Made by a program: the position numbers and the translations under genes. A stretch of 64,000 nt of DNA from Tubulanus polymorphus (Eukaryota; Animalia; Nemertea): NCBI RefSeq assembly GCF_964204645.1, contig NC_134026.1:28926150-28990149 (forward strand), written 5' to 3'. Under the pieces are notes generated by a model. That model searched no databases, had not been told where the DNA came from, and saw only the letters and a list, made by a program, of their open reading frames with translations. Positions 1 to 12,063 of the stretch are shown piece by piece (the stretch's first letter is position 1; each line of letters opens with the position of its first letter).

Positions 1-340
1 ACGATCCAATGCATCCACCCTCGGCAAGAATTTGAACCTTAACTCAGCTGTGGCACAAATTTTTTGTCTCTACGTGCAACTGTCATGGACAGCGCTTCTT
101 CTAGTTTGGACATGGTTCAATGTAGTCAGTAACCTGTCTGTGGTTTAGTTTCACGATCGGATATTTTCACAAACCACAGTCAGGAATGGGAAGGTCATTT
201 TTGTATGAAATCTTCGTCAGCCAATTTGACTGACGAGTAATTTGCCTGGCATTTCATTGTCTCTTAAGATATCCGTCAAATTTTTGTTGTAATCGACACA
301 CAACAGATTCGTAGTTTGTCTGATACCTATAACACCTCAC

Positions 341-412
341 CTGACGATCTTTATCCATGTGCAAATCGGCCGTAAAGTGAGAGTAAATTTCCGTAGAGTC
401 AACAGCTGCCAT
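341..412 (-). CDS. Probable first coding exon of an unidentified gene running off the left edge (MAAVDSTEIYSHFTADLHMDKDRQ)
   Basis: ATG in a strong AAAATGGCAG context at 412, 24 open codons, then a consensus donor CAG|GTGAGG at 340. No downstream exon was recognised in the window. Confidence 0.45.
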
Positions 413-1321
413 TTTGAAAATTACTGGAGGTGCTGGCACCTGTGGACTGAGGCCAGGACAACAGCACAAACTAACGAAGCGAAACGACGAAATTGAAAAA
501 TATTAAGAAATCAACACTTATTCACATTTTTCTTTTACCAGAATTTATTATTTCATTATTTATAATGGAAAACACGAAGATTTGAAATATAGGTTGGAAA
601 ACCATAAAAAATAAAAATTGTCGTTTCGTCTTGAAAGTTTTATCTAAATCCTTGTAGGTCCCCTTGTCTTATCATGCCACATGTGCAATACAGAGAAACG
701 GCGGCCAATGGCGAAATTTGTAAGGAAATTAATTAATTTCTCAAAATAATGTTGATTAATCACTCGAAACATACATAGAATTGGATTATTTCGAAAGGTA
801 CCCGTGTTAGTTTGTGAATTAAGCCATTAATTGTGGACTGAAGTGGATAGAAAGTATATTTTTGAAGTGTTACTTTTTTCAACCGTGTTTTGGTCCTTGT
901 CATCCCTAACGTTGGTATAAGCCCATCCGATTATAAAAAGCTTACCACCAACGATTAGGTAACTAACTAGGTTCAATGGCCACAGACTCGACTTCCCATT
1001 AACATTTTACATTAGTTCAGACTGGTTAGTAATTTCTTATTAGTCAGTGGTATCAACCTGTCCGTGGTTTTAGTTTCATGATCAGATATTTTCACAAACC
1101 ACTAATAACTACTAATAAACCACTAATAACTAGTTACTAATTGTTGGTGTATGCGATTAAGTGTTTCTAAATGTACATTATCTCTTTTATTATTATTATT
1201 ATTAATTGAATTTTCCATGCACACTCTTTTTCTTTCTCTTCTAACAACACGGACGCGCACGCTCCAAAAAATACTCGTGAATGCGAGTGTGCTGGAGTAT
1301 TTAAATGAATGAATGAATGTT

Positions 1322-1441
1322 AAGCTTTTTATAATCGGATGGGCTTATACCAATGTGGTTTGTGTAAATATCCGATCGTGAAACTAAACCACAGTCAGGT
1401 TACTGACTGTTGGCATAAGCCCATCCGATTATAAAAAGCTT
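1322..1441. mobile_element. Small foldback MITE; fragments of it recur at 121-176, 911-964 and 1040-1101
   Basis: About 32-bp inverted arms (AAGCTTTTTATAATCGGATGGGCTTATACCAA at 1322-1353; TTGGCATAAGCCCATCCGATTATAAAAAGCTT at 1410-1441). The enclosed core recurs inverted at 121-176 and 1040-1101. The right arm plus flank is duplicated at 911-964. Confidence 0.7.
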
Positions 1442-1604
1442 ACCACCAACGATTAGGTAACTAGGCCTAACTATTATTACTGGTCTGAAGGGCCTACTAT
1501 TTTACTAATATTAATAACAGTATTAGACACAACGTTATCTCTACCTGTTGTCTGTGATATTCATCTGTCAGTACAGCTTGTGACATCTCTTTCTCTCTTT
1601 CTCG

Positions 1605-1830
1605 TGCGTGGGTCAAAAGTATCAGTGGTAGTGTACACTCAACCCACGGTAGCCCAAAAATTCTAAAAAATACGGAGCCGCTGTCAGTGTCATCAGGATC
1701 TCCAGCAAGCTCCGTGAAGTGCTGCCACCTGGATGAGAAAAAGTAAATCCGTCCGGATGCGGGCGGGACACGAGTAGATCATAAAAGCCGGCTGCAGGAT
1801 TCGGGTGTGAGGCTGTAAGAGTATAAAACG
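1605..1830 (-). ncRNA. Candidate structured non-coding RNA with an Sm-like site, divergent from the LYPLA promoter
   Basis: GC-rich island with nested complementary segments, then AAUUUUUGG (plus-strand 1654-1662) followed by a terminal hairpin (1607-1614 with 1641-1648). It does not match the U1/U2/U4/U5/U11/U12/U4atac/U6atac sequences I remember. Confidence 0.3.
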
Positions 1831-1931
1831 CGGGTGCTGGATTGAGATTTTCGCTTTAATTTGACGGAAGTGAACTATTAGCTGATTTAGAGGCCGCAGT
1901 GCTATTTTATTCTGAGCTATCAAACCATTTT

Positions 1932-3748
1932 ATGGGTGCTAGTTCTTCGGCTAAAATGAATACAAATGGGGCAATAATCAGTCCAACTGCTCGTCATACA
2001 GCATCGGTAATTTGATAATTGTCAGTTAAATTTTATTTTGGTAACGTTTGCCAAACTACTAAGTTTAAAGCACCACACACACAGCTGAGACTGGAGAGCA
2101 CTGGACTGCGTGCGTCCTGCTGCAGAAGAGCGAATGGAATTGGTCGTCCCATGTTTAATCTGTTGTACACAATGCATATTGGTCTAATGTCTATTTCAAC
2201 TTGACTTGAGTCGAGAGCACATCGGGTGGCCTAGCTCAGTCAGTCTTGGTGGTACATAGCCTACCTGAAAGTCTATAAGTCTTAGCAGGGCCAGATGAGA
2301 AAGCACTGGCAGTTGACTGGTTGACCTAAAACATTGATGTTGAATTATTGACTTTAACATTTACAATGGTTTTTCATTTCAGTTTATATTTTTACATGGT
2401 CTAGGAGACAATGGGTAAGTGAATGATATCTGAATAGGTGAATGCGTTTTAGTCGTATAATGAATTATATTATTATACATCATTATTAATAGTGAGGGAA
2501 ACTGTTAATAAAGTTCAATTTGTTTCAGTCATGGATGGAAAAGTCAATTTGAAGAAATAAGAAAACCTCATATTAAATACATTTTCCCACATGCGTGAGT
2601 ATTTGTTTCTTGATGGTGATGACTTACATTAATGATTTCTCGTTGATGTGTCGCATTTTTATTTTAGGCCAACGAAACCTGTTTCATTGAATTTTGGTAT
2701 GCAGATGCCTTCATGGTAGGTACAACATGTAGATGTTACCATTTTTATTGAACAGCATAAGAAATAATCTTAAATTCTTTCTTATCGGTTACTATGTTCT
2801 GAATTATTTGTTTATTGTGATATGCTACGAAACTCAGTGGATCTTTCATTGAAAAACTAAATCATTTTAACATCTATTTCTTACTAATGGCACTTAACCG
2901 ACAATCATTACCGAAAAGCTACAATTTGAACTAGTTTGTAACGAAAAACTTTATTTCTGATTGAATATAGGTTTGATATAAGGAGTTTGGATTTCAATGG
3001 CGAAGAAGATGAAGATGGAATAAAAAGTTCCAGTAATAATTGTAAGCTGTCATCTCTAAAAACATCCTCTCTTTATGCGATAATCATCAACGTTTTTATT
3101 CTTCGATTTTTATTGCGAATTTAGTGAATAAACTAATAGAGGCCGAGGTAAATAGCGGTATAGAAAGCTCTCGCATTATAATTGGTGGATTCTCACAAGG
3201 TGGCGCTGTAGCTGTTTATTGTAGCGTTAACTCAGAAAAGATTTTAGGAGGCTGTATAGGACTCAGTACATTTATGCCTTTGCATAAGTCTTTTCAAGTG
3301 AGTATTTCAATAAATCGCTTTAATGTGTGTGATGTTAAATCAGTCTTCTACATTTACTTGAAGCGAATTGTATTTTTCTCAATGCTACAGGGAATAAAAC
3401 ATAACATGCCGATCTTCCTCGCTCATGGAACAAGCGATCCAGTCGTTAATTTTAGATTTGGAGAAATGACTAGAGATCTATTAAAATCATGTTGTAATGA
3501 TCTTACATGGAAAAGCTATGATGGTGTTGGCCACAGTTCATGCCCAAAGGTACGAATTCAAATAATTCATTTTCTAGGCGAGATATTTCATTTTGCTGGA
3601 GTCAGTGGGTTAAGAGATGCCGCATTGTAGGTCCATGGACAGTTTCTTTCTCCGTTATACTTAAAAGTGTGAGCAGTTGTTGTTCTCTGTTTTTCAGGAG
3701 ATGAACGACGTTAAAGATTTTATTGATAAAACATTGCCAGCAGTATGA
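1932..3748 (+). CDS. LYPLA1: Acyl-protein thioesterase 1/2 (lysophospholipase), 8 exons: 1932-2006, 2383-2414, 2529-2594, 2668-2715, 2971-3041, 3125-3297, 3391-3549, 3698-3748
   Basis: Spliced frame gives FLHGLGDNGHGW, MPSWFDI, GGFSQGG (catalytic Ser), HGTSDPVV (Asp) and GHSSCP (His). All introns are GT-AG. Confidence 0.95.
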
Positions 3749-4416
3749 AGACACATCGATTTACTAGATATCCATTGCATGCACGGTATATATGATTGTA
3801 TTATGTGAAATAGGAATGATTTTGAATCATATAGGATCTCCCGAGAATTCCCAGTTAATTTTCGGAAATGTTTGGTTGTGTATTTCTTACAAAATTAGCT
3901 AAATTACGAGTTGACAAACCTCAAACTTTTCCCCTATATTTGCCTAGCACGTGTCATTTAGTTTCATGGTCTTATAAGATAATTTACGCATTTAAGTAAC
4001 TTATATGCAGTGTAATATCAGGTCAGGTAATCATGCATGATCTCACACAACTGAATTTCAATGATCAAAAGAAACTACAATCAGTTTTGTGAGGATCACT
4101 CGCATATCATTGTTTTCATGTACATAAAGTGGATTTGAAAACTTGTATTTGGTTGACTTGTACATACGTATTTCCTCTCTTTACCTTGTCCCTTAATTTA
4201 TAGTATAGTCCTCTTAGAACTGATGCAATTGGAAAAGGATCAGATTTTCTGATGTACCGGTACATTATATCAACGTGCTTAAAATGTGTACTTGGTATGC
4301 TTCACACATCAATCAAGTCAGAAATATATCACTTGTAAATATCAATAACAGGATGTGTGGTGTACAGCTGTAGTCAACATTGATGTACATAGATTACCTA
4401 TTTCATCATAATATAT

Positions 4417-4825
4417 AAGGCGCTTTTACGAAATTGAATCTGATTCGTTTTAGCTAAATCCGATTCGATGTCGGAAACCGAAAGGATTAGTAAATCGAAT
4501 TGTTTTTCGTAAATGAGTCGAATCAATTGATCAATTCAAAGGTCGAGATTCGAAAGAAAATGGGGGTCAATGGTGACCAAATTATTGATAGACGACGATT
4601 TGCGATAGATGTCTTAAGCCCGCGGTCGAAGAGGATGCCATGTTGGATTTAGCTGACTAAATCGCCACTAACTTGTTCGCTGAGCAAGTTAGTCGATTTA
4701 ATGAATCAATTTACTAAACCGTTCCCATAAACGCATTGATTTACAAAATCGGATTCACTAAACCGTGTGCCGTAAACGTGAAACTAAAATCGATTTACAA
4801 AGATTCAGTTTCGTAAAAGCGCCTT
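4417..4825. mobile_element. MITE of about 410 bp, PIF/Harbinger-like ends, lying between the convergent LYPLA and POP1 3' ends
   Basis: 25-bp TIRs AAGGCGCTTTTACGAAATTGAATCT (4417-4441) and AGATTCAGTTTCGTAAAAGCGCCTT (4801-4825) with 1 mismatch. Internal TAAATCG/CGATTTA subrepeats. The TSD is not clean. Confidence 0.85.
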
Positions 4826-5288
4826 TAGTGATCAATTTATTTGTATGTGTTTGTATAAGGGTTAATCAATCATAACAGTTTCATGTCATACCGGTATCAG
4901 ATCTCTCTTGTCAATCATATTATATATAACTTTAAGGTGTATTAGTACATGCTTCTATTTGGGAATATATTTGACCAGTGAAAATCATGTTAAAAGATGC
5001 ATCGATCTCGAAAACCTCAAGCAAAATCGCATTGCAAAAATTTTATAATAAATTCTGTATGGCACCCAGAATGAGCATAATGCCTTTTATCGAGATTTAA
5101 TTGATGGAAATCAAAATGAACATGTATAATACATATGGATATATTAGTCGAAACGAGAGATTTGTTTTTACCTCGGATAGGTTTCTAAGTCTTGCATCTT
5201 CGAAAAGGTCACCACAATTTCCAAGTAAACTCACAATTATGTACGAAATATTAATATATCCGATCAATATTTTATTATTCATTCAAAT

Positions 5289-8200
5289 TTATCCAGTTAC
5301 AATTGAAAATGATGCAAATCTATATTGGCGAGATGAAGGGGATCTGATGAGTAAATATTTTGCGTTTTTAAGTAGTCCATCTAGAACACACATAGCCAAT
5401 CCAGCCCCGGACCCGATACAGAAATTATACCCTCCATGTATAACATATCCTATACACGTCCTTGTACAACAGTCTTTCACATTTTTCACATCTTTAAGTT
5501 TCTGTAGTTCGCGTATCGCTGGTTTATAAGATTTACCGCGCTGCTTTAGTTGTTTAATATATTCGTCGCGTACATCGTTGTGATCGACATTCTCAACTGG
5601 ACCTTCGTAGTGTTCGTTCTTTCTCAACATTTTCAAGTCATCGCACGACGGTAAACAGATAACGGAAAACTCGGCCGGTACACCTTTGTTAAGCATTTTG
5701 AACTTGATGCATACCAGCGCCACACGTGGTATTTCTACTTCATTCAACTCGGTGTTATCTACATTGATTTCTGAATCACATATGTTTTTAATTTTCTGTA
5801 GAACGTCTTTAGTACGAATAATCAATAACTCGTGGTCATTTCCATTAGACCAATCGGTGATAAGTTCTGTCCACGGACAATGGAAAGGCGCTAAAATGCC
5901 CATAGCGTTGTAGGGAGTGCGTTTACTGGGTGGTTTGCGATAGAGAATCTCGGTCAATTCCGCGCGGTGTTCTTGTGCGTGTTTAATACCGGCGTTTGTA
6001 TCGGGGAAATGACGAGGGAAAACGAACTGTGAGGAATCAGCGGTCGTGTTTTCTATTTCTCGTAATCCACTCGCGCGTCCTCCGCGATATACGAATGCCA
6101 ACCAAAAGGCTAAGCCCCACCCACTCGGAATTATAACGTCCATATGACAGTTGTAATTATGGCTTTCATGGGAACAGTCCACGGCTGGCCTCTGAATTAC
6201 TAATGTAGGTATGCGAGATTCATCATCACCTAATTCTAACCTTGAACCTGAAATCAGTGGGAAAATTAAGACGATTGAATCGGTTTTGTAGGTGCAAGTC
6301 TCATCATAACAGGCAGGAATACGTATCTAACTTACCAGGAACTAATAATTGTGAACGTTTCTGATTCAACTGGTGCATTGTCATTTGTGTTTTGGTGACA
6401 TCTCTGCGAATATGGTGGTCCCAAATAGCGGAATATGGTGTAAATTCTATAGCAGATGGTTCGGATTTATCTACATTCAGAAATGACAACGGTAATAAGT
6501 TAAATCTACTACATTTCATGTGACTACCAGTAATTCATTGTGTCAACAACTTCTCGACAATACCTTGAATTTCTTCCATATCTTCACCTTCCACAAACAA
6601 TCTTTTTGAAGGCATATCTAATCGTGGATCTTTTACAGTCAAACTCCACACTTTATGCTCTGATGATTTTGTCCGATAGAATTCTTGAAATTGTGACCAA
6701 TTTTTAATCTGTTGATTGAAATGTTTCATGTGCTGTTCATTAGAATGATAGCTCTGCCACCATTTATCAGCCGTTTCACTCATTGAACTAACACTCGCTG
6801 GTTTCATGGCATCGGCAAGAATTTCAACGGCTTGTGGCCCGATCAATCTGTATCTATTGAGCTCATCTTTTAAAGATTTAATCGTTATTTCTCCACTCTT
6901 CAAACACGGATTTAATACTTTATCAGGAGTCATTTTCTCTGAATCTGAAATAACAGGCATTCGTACGATGCAGCAGCCAGTAATGGTTTACTCGGTGAAT
7001 TCACTGTGGAAATTTCTCTTACCAGTTTCCTCGCTAAGTTTAGCCATTTTAGCAGGTGGTGGTTCTTCTTGAGATGCGGAAGGTTCATCAACCGCTTCCT
7101 CAAACTGCTTCAATTCATCGCCGTCAATTCCAAATACACTGCAAAGCTCCAACATAGTTTCCTTATAACAGGATGGATGAATCCAAATCCATAAACTTCT
7201 GATCTCATCTAGTAATTCAAAAATGAATTATGCAAGAGAAGTTTATAAGATTCCATATAAAAAAGGCAGCAAAAGGTCCACAAAACCCCCTGGATCCGTG
7301 CCTGTTTAATTTACCTTCTGAATTGAGAGAATCCACTGGTTTCCAGAGAAAGCTGACTGGGCCTATGGCTTTATATGGATATGTGCCACGTTTGAAGAGC
7401 AATATGTTCCCTTCTTCTGTACCGTCAGTATAATTTTTGCCATCGAGTGAAACTCCTGAAAGCACGGTTTCACATTTTTTAAAGATATGAATGAAAATTG
7501 AATTTTGGCTGTTATTTGACTTTTCTATTACCCAATTCGGTGCTTGTGATTTGTTGAAATCCTTGTAGTAAATTATTCATTGGTCCTGATAGTTCAACAC
7601 AATTCAGATAGGAAACATCCTAGAAAAAAACAATCGAAATATGTATTCAATGATTATATACCTCCAACTTTGAAGTGTAGCATCAAAAAACTGAAACAAA
7701 GGAAATTTTCCACCAAGGGGGAGGGTGCTCTTGCACTCAAAGCAACTCCCTTGGCAGGGGCGGATCTGGGGAGGGGCCCTGGGGGCCCGGGCCCCCTCCC
7801 TCCGAGTGAAGATCGTTTTTTTTTTTCGACCGGCCTCCGGCCACTCGCTTAATATAAACGCCGTGCTATCATAGAGTTTAATAAGGGGAAAGTATTTGTC
7901 ATGAATTCTTGCCTCAGAATGCAGGAAATGGCCCCAAAACAAAGACAATTTCAAAAATTTTCCCAGACCCCCGCAGGGGCTTCGCGCCTCGCGCGAAGCG
8001 TAGGAACGTCTCGCGCCTACGCCGCTCGGTGTCAATACAGTATCATCATAGCTACATTTATTAGGTGCCCCCCCCCTAAATTGGGCTCTAGATCCGCCCC
8101 TGCTTGGATTCACGTCTGCTTTAAAGACAGTCAAACTGGATCTTACAATAAGAAGGCAATGTTGAGATGCAGCTCTATACGATGCTCTTATGCTTTTGTC

Positions 8201-9028
8201 ATTCGGATGTAAAGGTATTTTGTAGCCCCATTTTTCGATCATTTTAAAGCGTTTAGCGTGCCATATATGAGTTTCTAACCACACGTGTCTGCGTTGTCTT
8301 CGCGCGTATTCAGTCATCAAATTACGAGGTCTTCGTCGATATTTCCGAGATGGTCGTTTGGATATCGGATTAGCAGACATCTTTAACGAATAAAAAAAAA
8401 ACCATTTACAGATTATATTCTAAAGGGAATCGAGTAATGAAAGGTAAATAGTGGAAGTGGATATTTTGCCAATAACAATATATTTCTAGTGAATACTATT
8501 TAGTTGTGAGCATTAATGTGAACTTGAAACCCTAATCCTAAATCTTCCTTTTATTCTTTTGCCCTTTCTCCTAACCCTATTCTAACCTTATTCAGACCCT
8601 TATTGTGAAAATTAATTCTATTTTAAATGTATGGATCAGCATAATGCATTTACTAGGAAAATGCCGTATTGGCAAAATACCAACTCCGCAGGATGAATAC
8701 CTCATGTTTAGCTTGTCTATGAAGTCGTCTGGGCAGACGTTTGATATTATGACTCATAGCTCGGCGTCTCATATGACGAGGTAAAGCCTGACTGACTTGT
8801 TTGTTACGCCGACCATTTTTTATTGCCGTCGACATCGCCTCAATTTCTAGAGATCGATTTTCAGCAAATTGCATATAGCTGAATTCTGGAATCGAAAGTG
8901 AAATTAGATATGCAAATCAATTCACTGACACTGAAACATTTCACTGGACTACCATACATAGCGAAGTACATACCAACAGGCATGTCATTTGACGATACAG
9001 TTGATGATTCTGTGCTGAAAGTCTCCAT
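5289..9028 (-). CDS. POP1: RNase P/MRP protein subunit POP1; exons 9028-8974, 8885-8701, 8380-8147, 7619-7532, 7455-7315, 7208-7023, 6944-6564, 6470-6336, 6247-5289
   Basis: Diagnostic motifs [55 protein letters not shown] ([26 protein letters not shown]) and C-terminal IGYVIHGGY...[11 protein letters not shown]. Confidence 0.95.
7755..8102. mobile_element. GC-rich MITE in POP1 intron 3 with a 5-bp TSD (hAT5-like)
   Basis: TIRs CAGGGGCGGATCT / AGATCCGCCCCTG. Flanking direct repeat CTTGG at 7750-7754 and 8103-8107. Confidence 0.9.
8528..8602 (+). repeat. Degenerate (CCCTAA)n-like tract in POP1 intron 2
   Basis: AACCCTAATCCTAAA...CCTAACCCTATTCTAACCTTA...ACCCTTA. Confidence 0.45.
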
Positions 9029-9678
9029 TCTAACAATTGTTGTTGCTCAATTTCCGTAAACTAAACTATAAAAGCATCGAATTATTTTTTGTCATCACTT
9101 TGCCGATGACGTTGCAGCGCATAATCGACAGTCCAGTGTTGCTATGTATAGCACGTTGACGATACTTACGAATACTCGGTTATCAATCACTGACATAAAA
9201 TTTTCCAAAAAAAATTGTGCACGAGTTTTCAATTTTCACATGGGCGCAGCCATTTTGAACTATCATTTACCATATGGTGCTGCCGCAACCGGCTGAATTT
9301 GGCGTCGTGTTTAGACTGTTTGCCGGTCTCTTCGGCAACCAGTCCATATAGTTGGCACAATAATCCAAATTGCACTAATAATGCTCTAATCATCCGTATA
9401 AGTTCTGCGCGAACCACCCACCGCATAGACAACCAAGCAGATGTGATTATTTTCAAGAACACAGTAACTACCAGAGATTCTACTTAACTAATTTATTCAT
9501 TTCTAATTCTATCAATGATTTGTTTTAAATTACAAGCGGACGTAACGGACGGCCTTCGAATTTGGTTCGATTGGGCTCGAATTCGGATAGGACGGACCAT
9601 TTTCCTTCGCATTTTAAGTTTGAAATTCTAAATGATTATACATCTAATGCAATAAAGTAAAAGCTAAAATATTCCCAG

Positions 9679-10908
9679 TCACTTTTTTAACTCCTCAATT
9701 TTCGCTCTTAACATATCTTTATTAGCGCCCGATAGCTCTTCTTTCTGTAAGCATAAAATTATGGACTCTGGTGAATATACAGAATAAATATCAATCGATG
9801 AATCCAATTAATTATTTCTATACCTTTTTCCCGTGTCTGAAAAATATAAACGTAGGCATGCACGAAATACCAATTTTCTCTGCAAGATCCTGCAACAGAA
9901 AACAATTCCATCATTTTGTTGTATTTTCAATATCGTATAACAGTCGTACAACTAAAAATCTCTTGGGTGAGCTTTACTTTTAAATTTGCGAAACAGTTAA
10001 GAAAATTTTGTTTCAAACGCAAATTTACTTCAATGAAATCATTTCATATTGATCAATTTGAAAGGAACAATAGAATTCAGCCAATAACTTACTGACAATT
10101 CATCTACGTCGATTTTCAGAAATACGACATCTTTAAACGCAGAATCGTTCGACCAACGCTGTAGAAAAAATAGATAAATAAAAATCATATCGATTTATCG
10201 CATTTAACAATTTTATCGATCGATAGCATATTTTTACAAGAAAATGCATGTAAATCTTCATAATGATTTACTCTGACGACCCAATACACAGGTACATTCA
10301 ATTTGTTACTATGGTAACGATGGCGCAGTCTCAGCAGCCATGGCACGTTGGATGAGATGGAATTGGTTGATACATATCAGTTGTTTGTACAATGCCGCGG
10401 TAAATTATTAGAGTAAATTTAGACCATTTTGTACACATGAATGATTGATATCGCGAATGATTTAACGTAATATCGGGGGAAGCTTACATGAAAGTGTGGG
10501 CCGATCATTCGACATGGTCCGCACCATTCCGCCCAAAAGTCTACAACGACAAGTTTGTTTCCAGCGTCTTCTAACGCTTGATCAAACTCTTCCTGAAAAT
10601 ATTTAAAAGAATATTGAACATAAACGGTCTTAGATGTTTCATGGCAGTCACGCGACAGCAGGCTCTTGGTTTATAAAATGAAAAACACTATCCCTGCCGT
10701 GGTGTATTCTACCGTGTGGCCTGATTACAGTACCGTGCAGCGCAGGCCTTGGCCGCATTTGACTGAACCCATTCTTAATCGATTAAATTAACTTATTTCA
10801 TATATCCGTATTTGACAGTGCTAATCACACAGATTCGAACGATCATAAAAAAGAACGATCTTGAATCCTGCCGGTACCTACCTCGCTTTCAATTGTAATC
10901 ACTCCCAT
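9679..10908 (-). CDS. TXN: Cytosolic thioredoxin, 109 aa, 5 phase-0 exons: 10908-10882, 10592-10488, 10158-10093, 9889-9824, 9744-9679 (missed by the ORF track)
   Basis: Spliced: [109 protein letters not shown]. Contains the WCGPC active site and the cis-Pro MPTF motif. Confidence 0.96.
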
Positions 10909-11057
10909 TTTCTACTACGACTTTCTCAACGACGTTGTGTGCTGCGATCGTGCGGGTCACGCTTTCACTGTCTCTCTGTCTCTGGCTCTCTGCAGGAGTC
11001 AGTGTCACTTTCAGCGCTTCTTACATCATCAACACACGCACCGAGCACGCTACCAAA

Positions 11058-11065
11058 TGACGTCA
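11058..11065. promoter_or_regulatory. Perfect CRE palindrome TGACGTCA in the thioredoxin promoter region
   Basis: TGACGTCA lies 150 bp upstream of the TXN ATG. Confidence 0.45.
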
Positions 11066-12063
11066 CCATAACCAAACGGATTGCCTTGTCCAACGCCCCT
11101 ATGGTTCCGATGGTGCCGTCCAAAAAGGATATTTGCCAGTTTTTAGACCTTTTTTAACAACTACTTAGAGCATGGATTTTTCAAGAAAAATTTGGAGGGC
11201 GAAGGGAAAAAATATAAATCAAAAATTGTTTTCTTAGGCCAAACAGGTGTTTCAAAATGGAGGACACAGGGAAAAAATTAAAATGATTTTCTTTAATTGA
11301 GTATTTTCCACATAAAACCTCGGAAGGACTGAAGAAAAACATTTAAAAGGGTAGAAATTGTGATTAATTTCATTCAAACGATGGTATAGAAATGAAAAAA
11401 AGAACTTACTTTTTTGCAAATCTGAGAATAAAAATCAAGATGAACACCAACTTTTATAGCTATAACTAGATTGAAAATCAAGACGGGCATGTAACAAAAT
11501 CTTTTTTTGCTTGTTGAAAAATTGTGATGAAAACTTAAAGGACTGAAACAAAAAACTTTTTTGCTCCAAGTTATTAAAAATGTCTTATGAGCCAAATTAT
11601 GTTAACTGTTTGTGAAGTTTCCGTTCAAGCTCTTGGAAATAGTCGGAATTATTTACTGCCTGCTTTGATTCGACGTAGACGTATCGGATCCTCTGAGAAA
11701 TAACAGAAAAAAACTAACACTTGAATAATACAAGCTCTATTATTCTACATTTTCTACATATTCGTAATTATGTATTTCAACATTCCATTATTTTACAAAA
11801 TGATATATGAACACTGTGTAAATGCGTAGTAGCTTTTGGTGCTTCCAAACCTTAAACGAATATAGCGAAGAGATGCGGGAACATGGCCTGTAATTATGTT
11901 TATATGCCTTCCTCCTGTTTACCCTATCCTGGCCGTCTCTTCAGTTTTTACCACCCATATTGAGAAGGCAAGTTTTTCACATTGATTTTTCTCTGACAGT
12001 CCCGTTGTGGTCGATTTGAGTTTAACGGTTATAAGATATAAATCTATATATGTACATTTATCT

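Noticed and set aside
658-719. Apparent plus-strand exon AG|...ATGCCACATGTG...|GTAAGG (MPHVQYRETAANGEI)
   Set aside because: No recognisable protein and no partner exon, so it may be chance.
1690-1697. CUGAUGA on the minus strand suggesting a hammerhead ribozyme
   Set aside because: No correctly placed GAAA and stem II/III. The same applies to the other CTGATGA hits I checked.
7604-8146. ORF extension of POP1 exon 3 and the opposite-strand ORFs
   Set aside because: Read-through into a GC-rich intronic MITE. The real exon ends at 8147.
10500-10540. Thioredoxin motif [11 protein letters not shown] matches the E. coli TrxA motif, suggesting horizontal transfer
   Set aside because: The five-exon, all-phase-0 structure and the rest of the sequence ([18 protein letters not shown]) match animal TXN.
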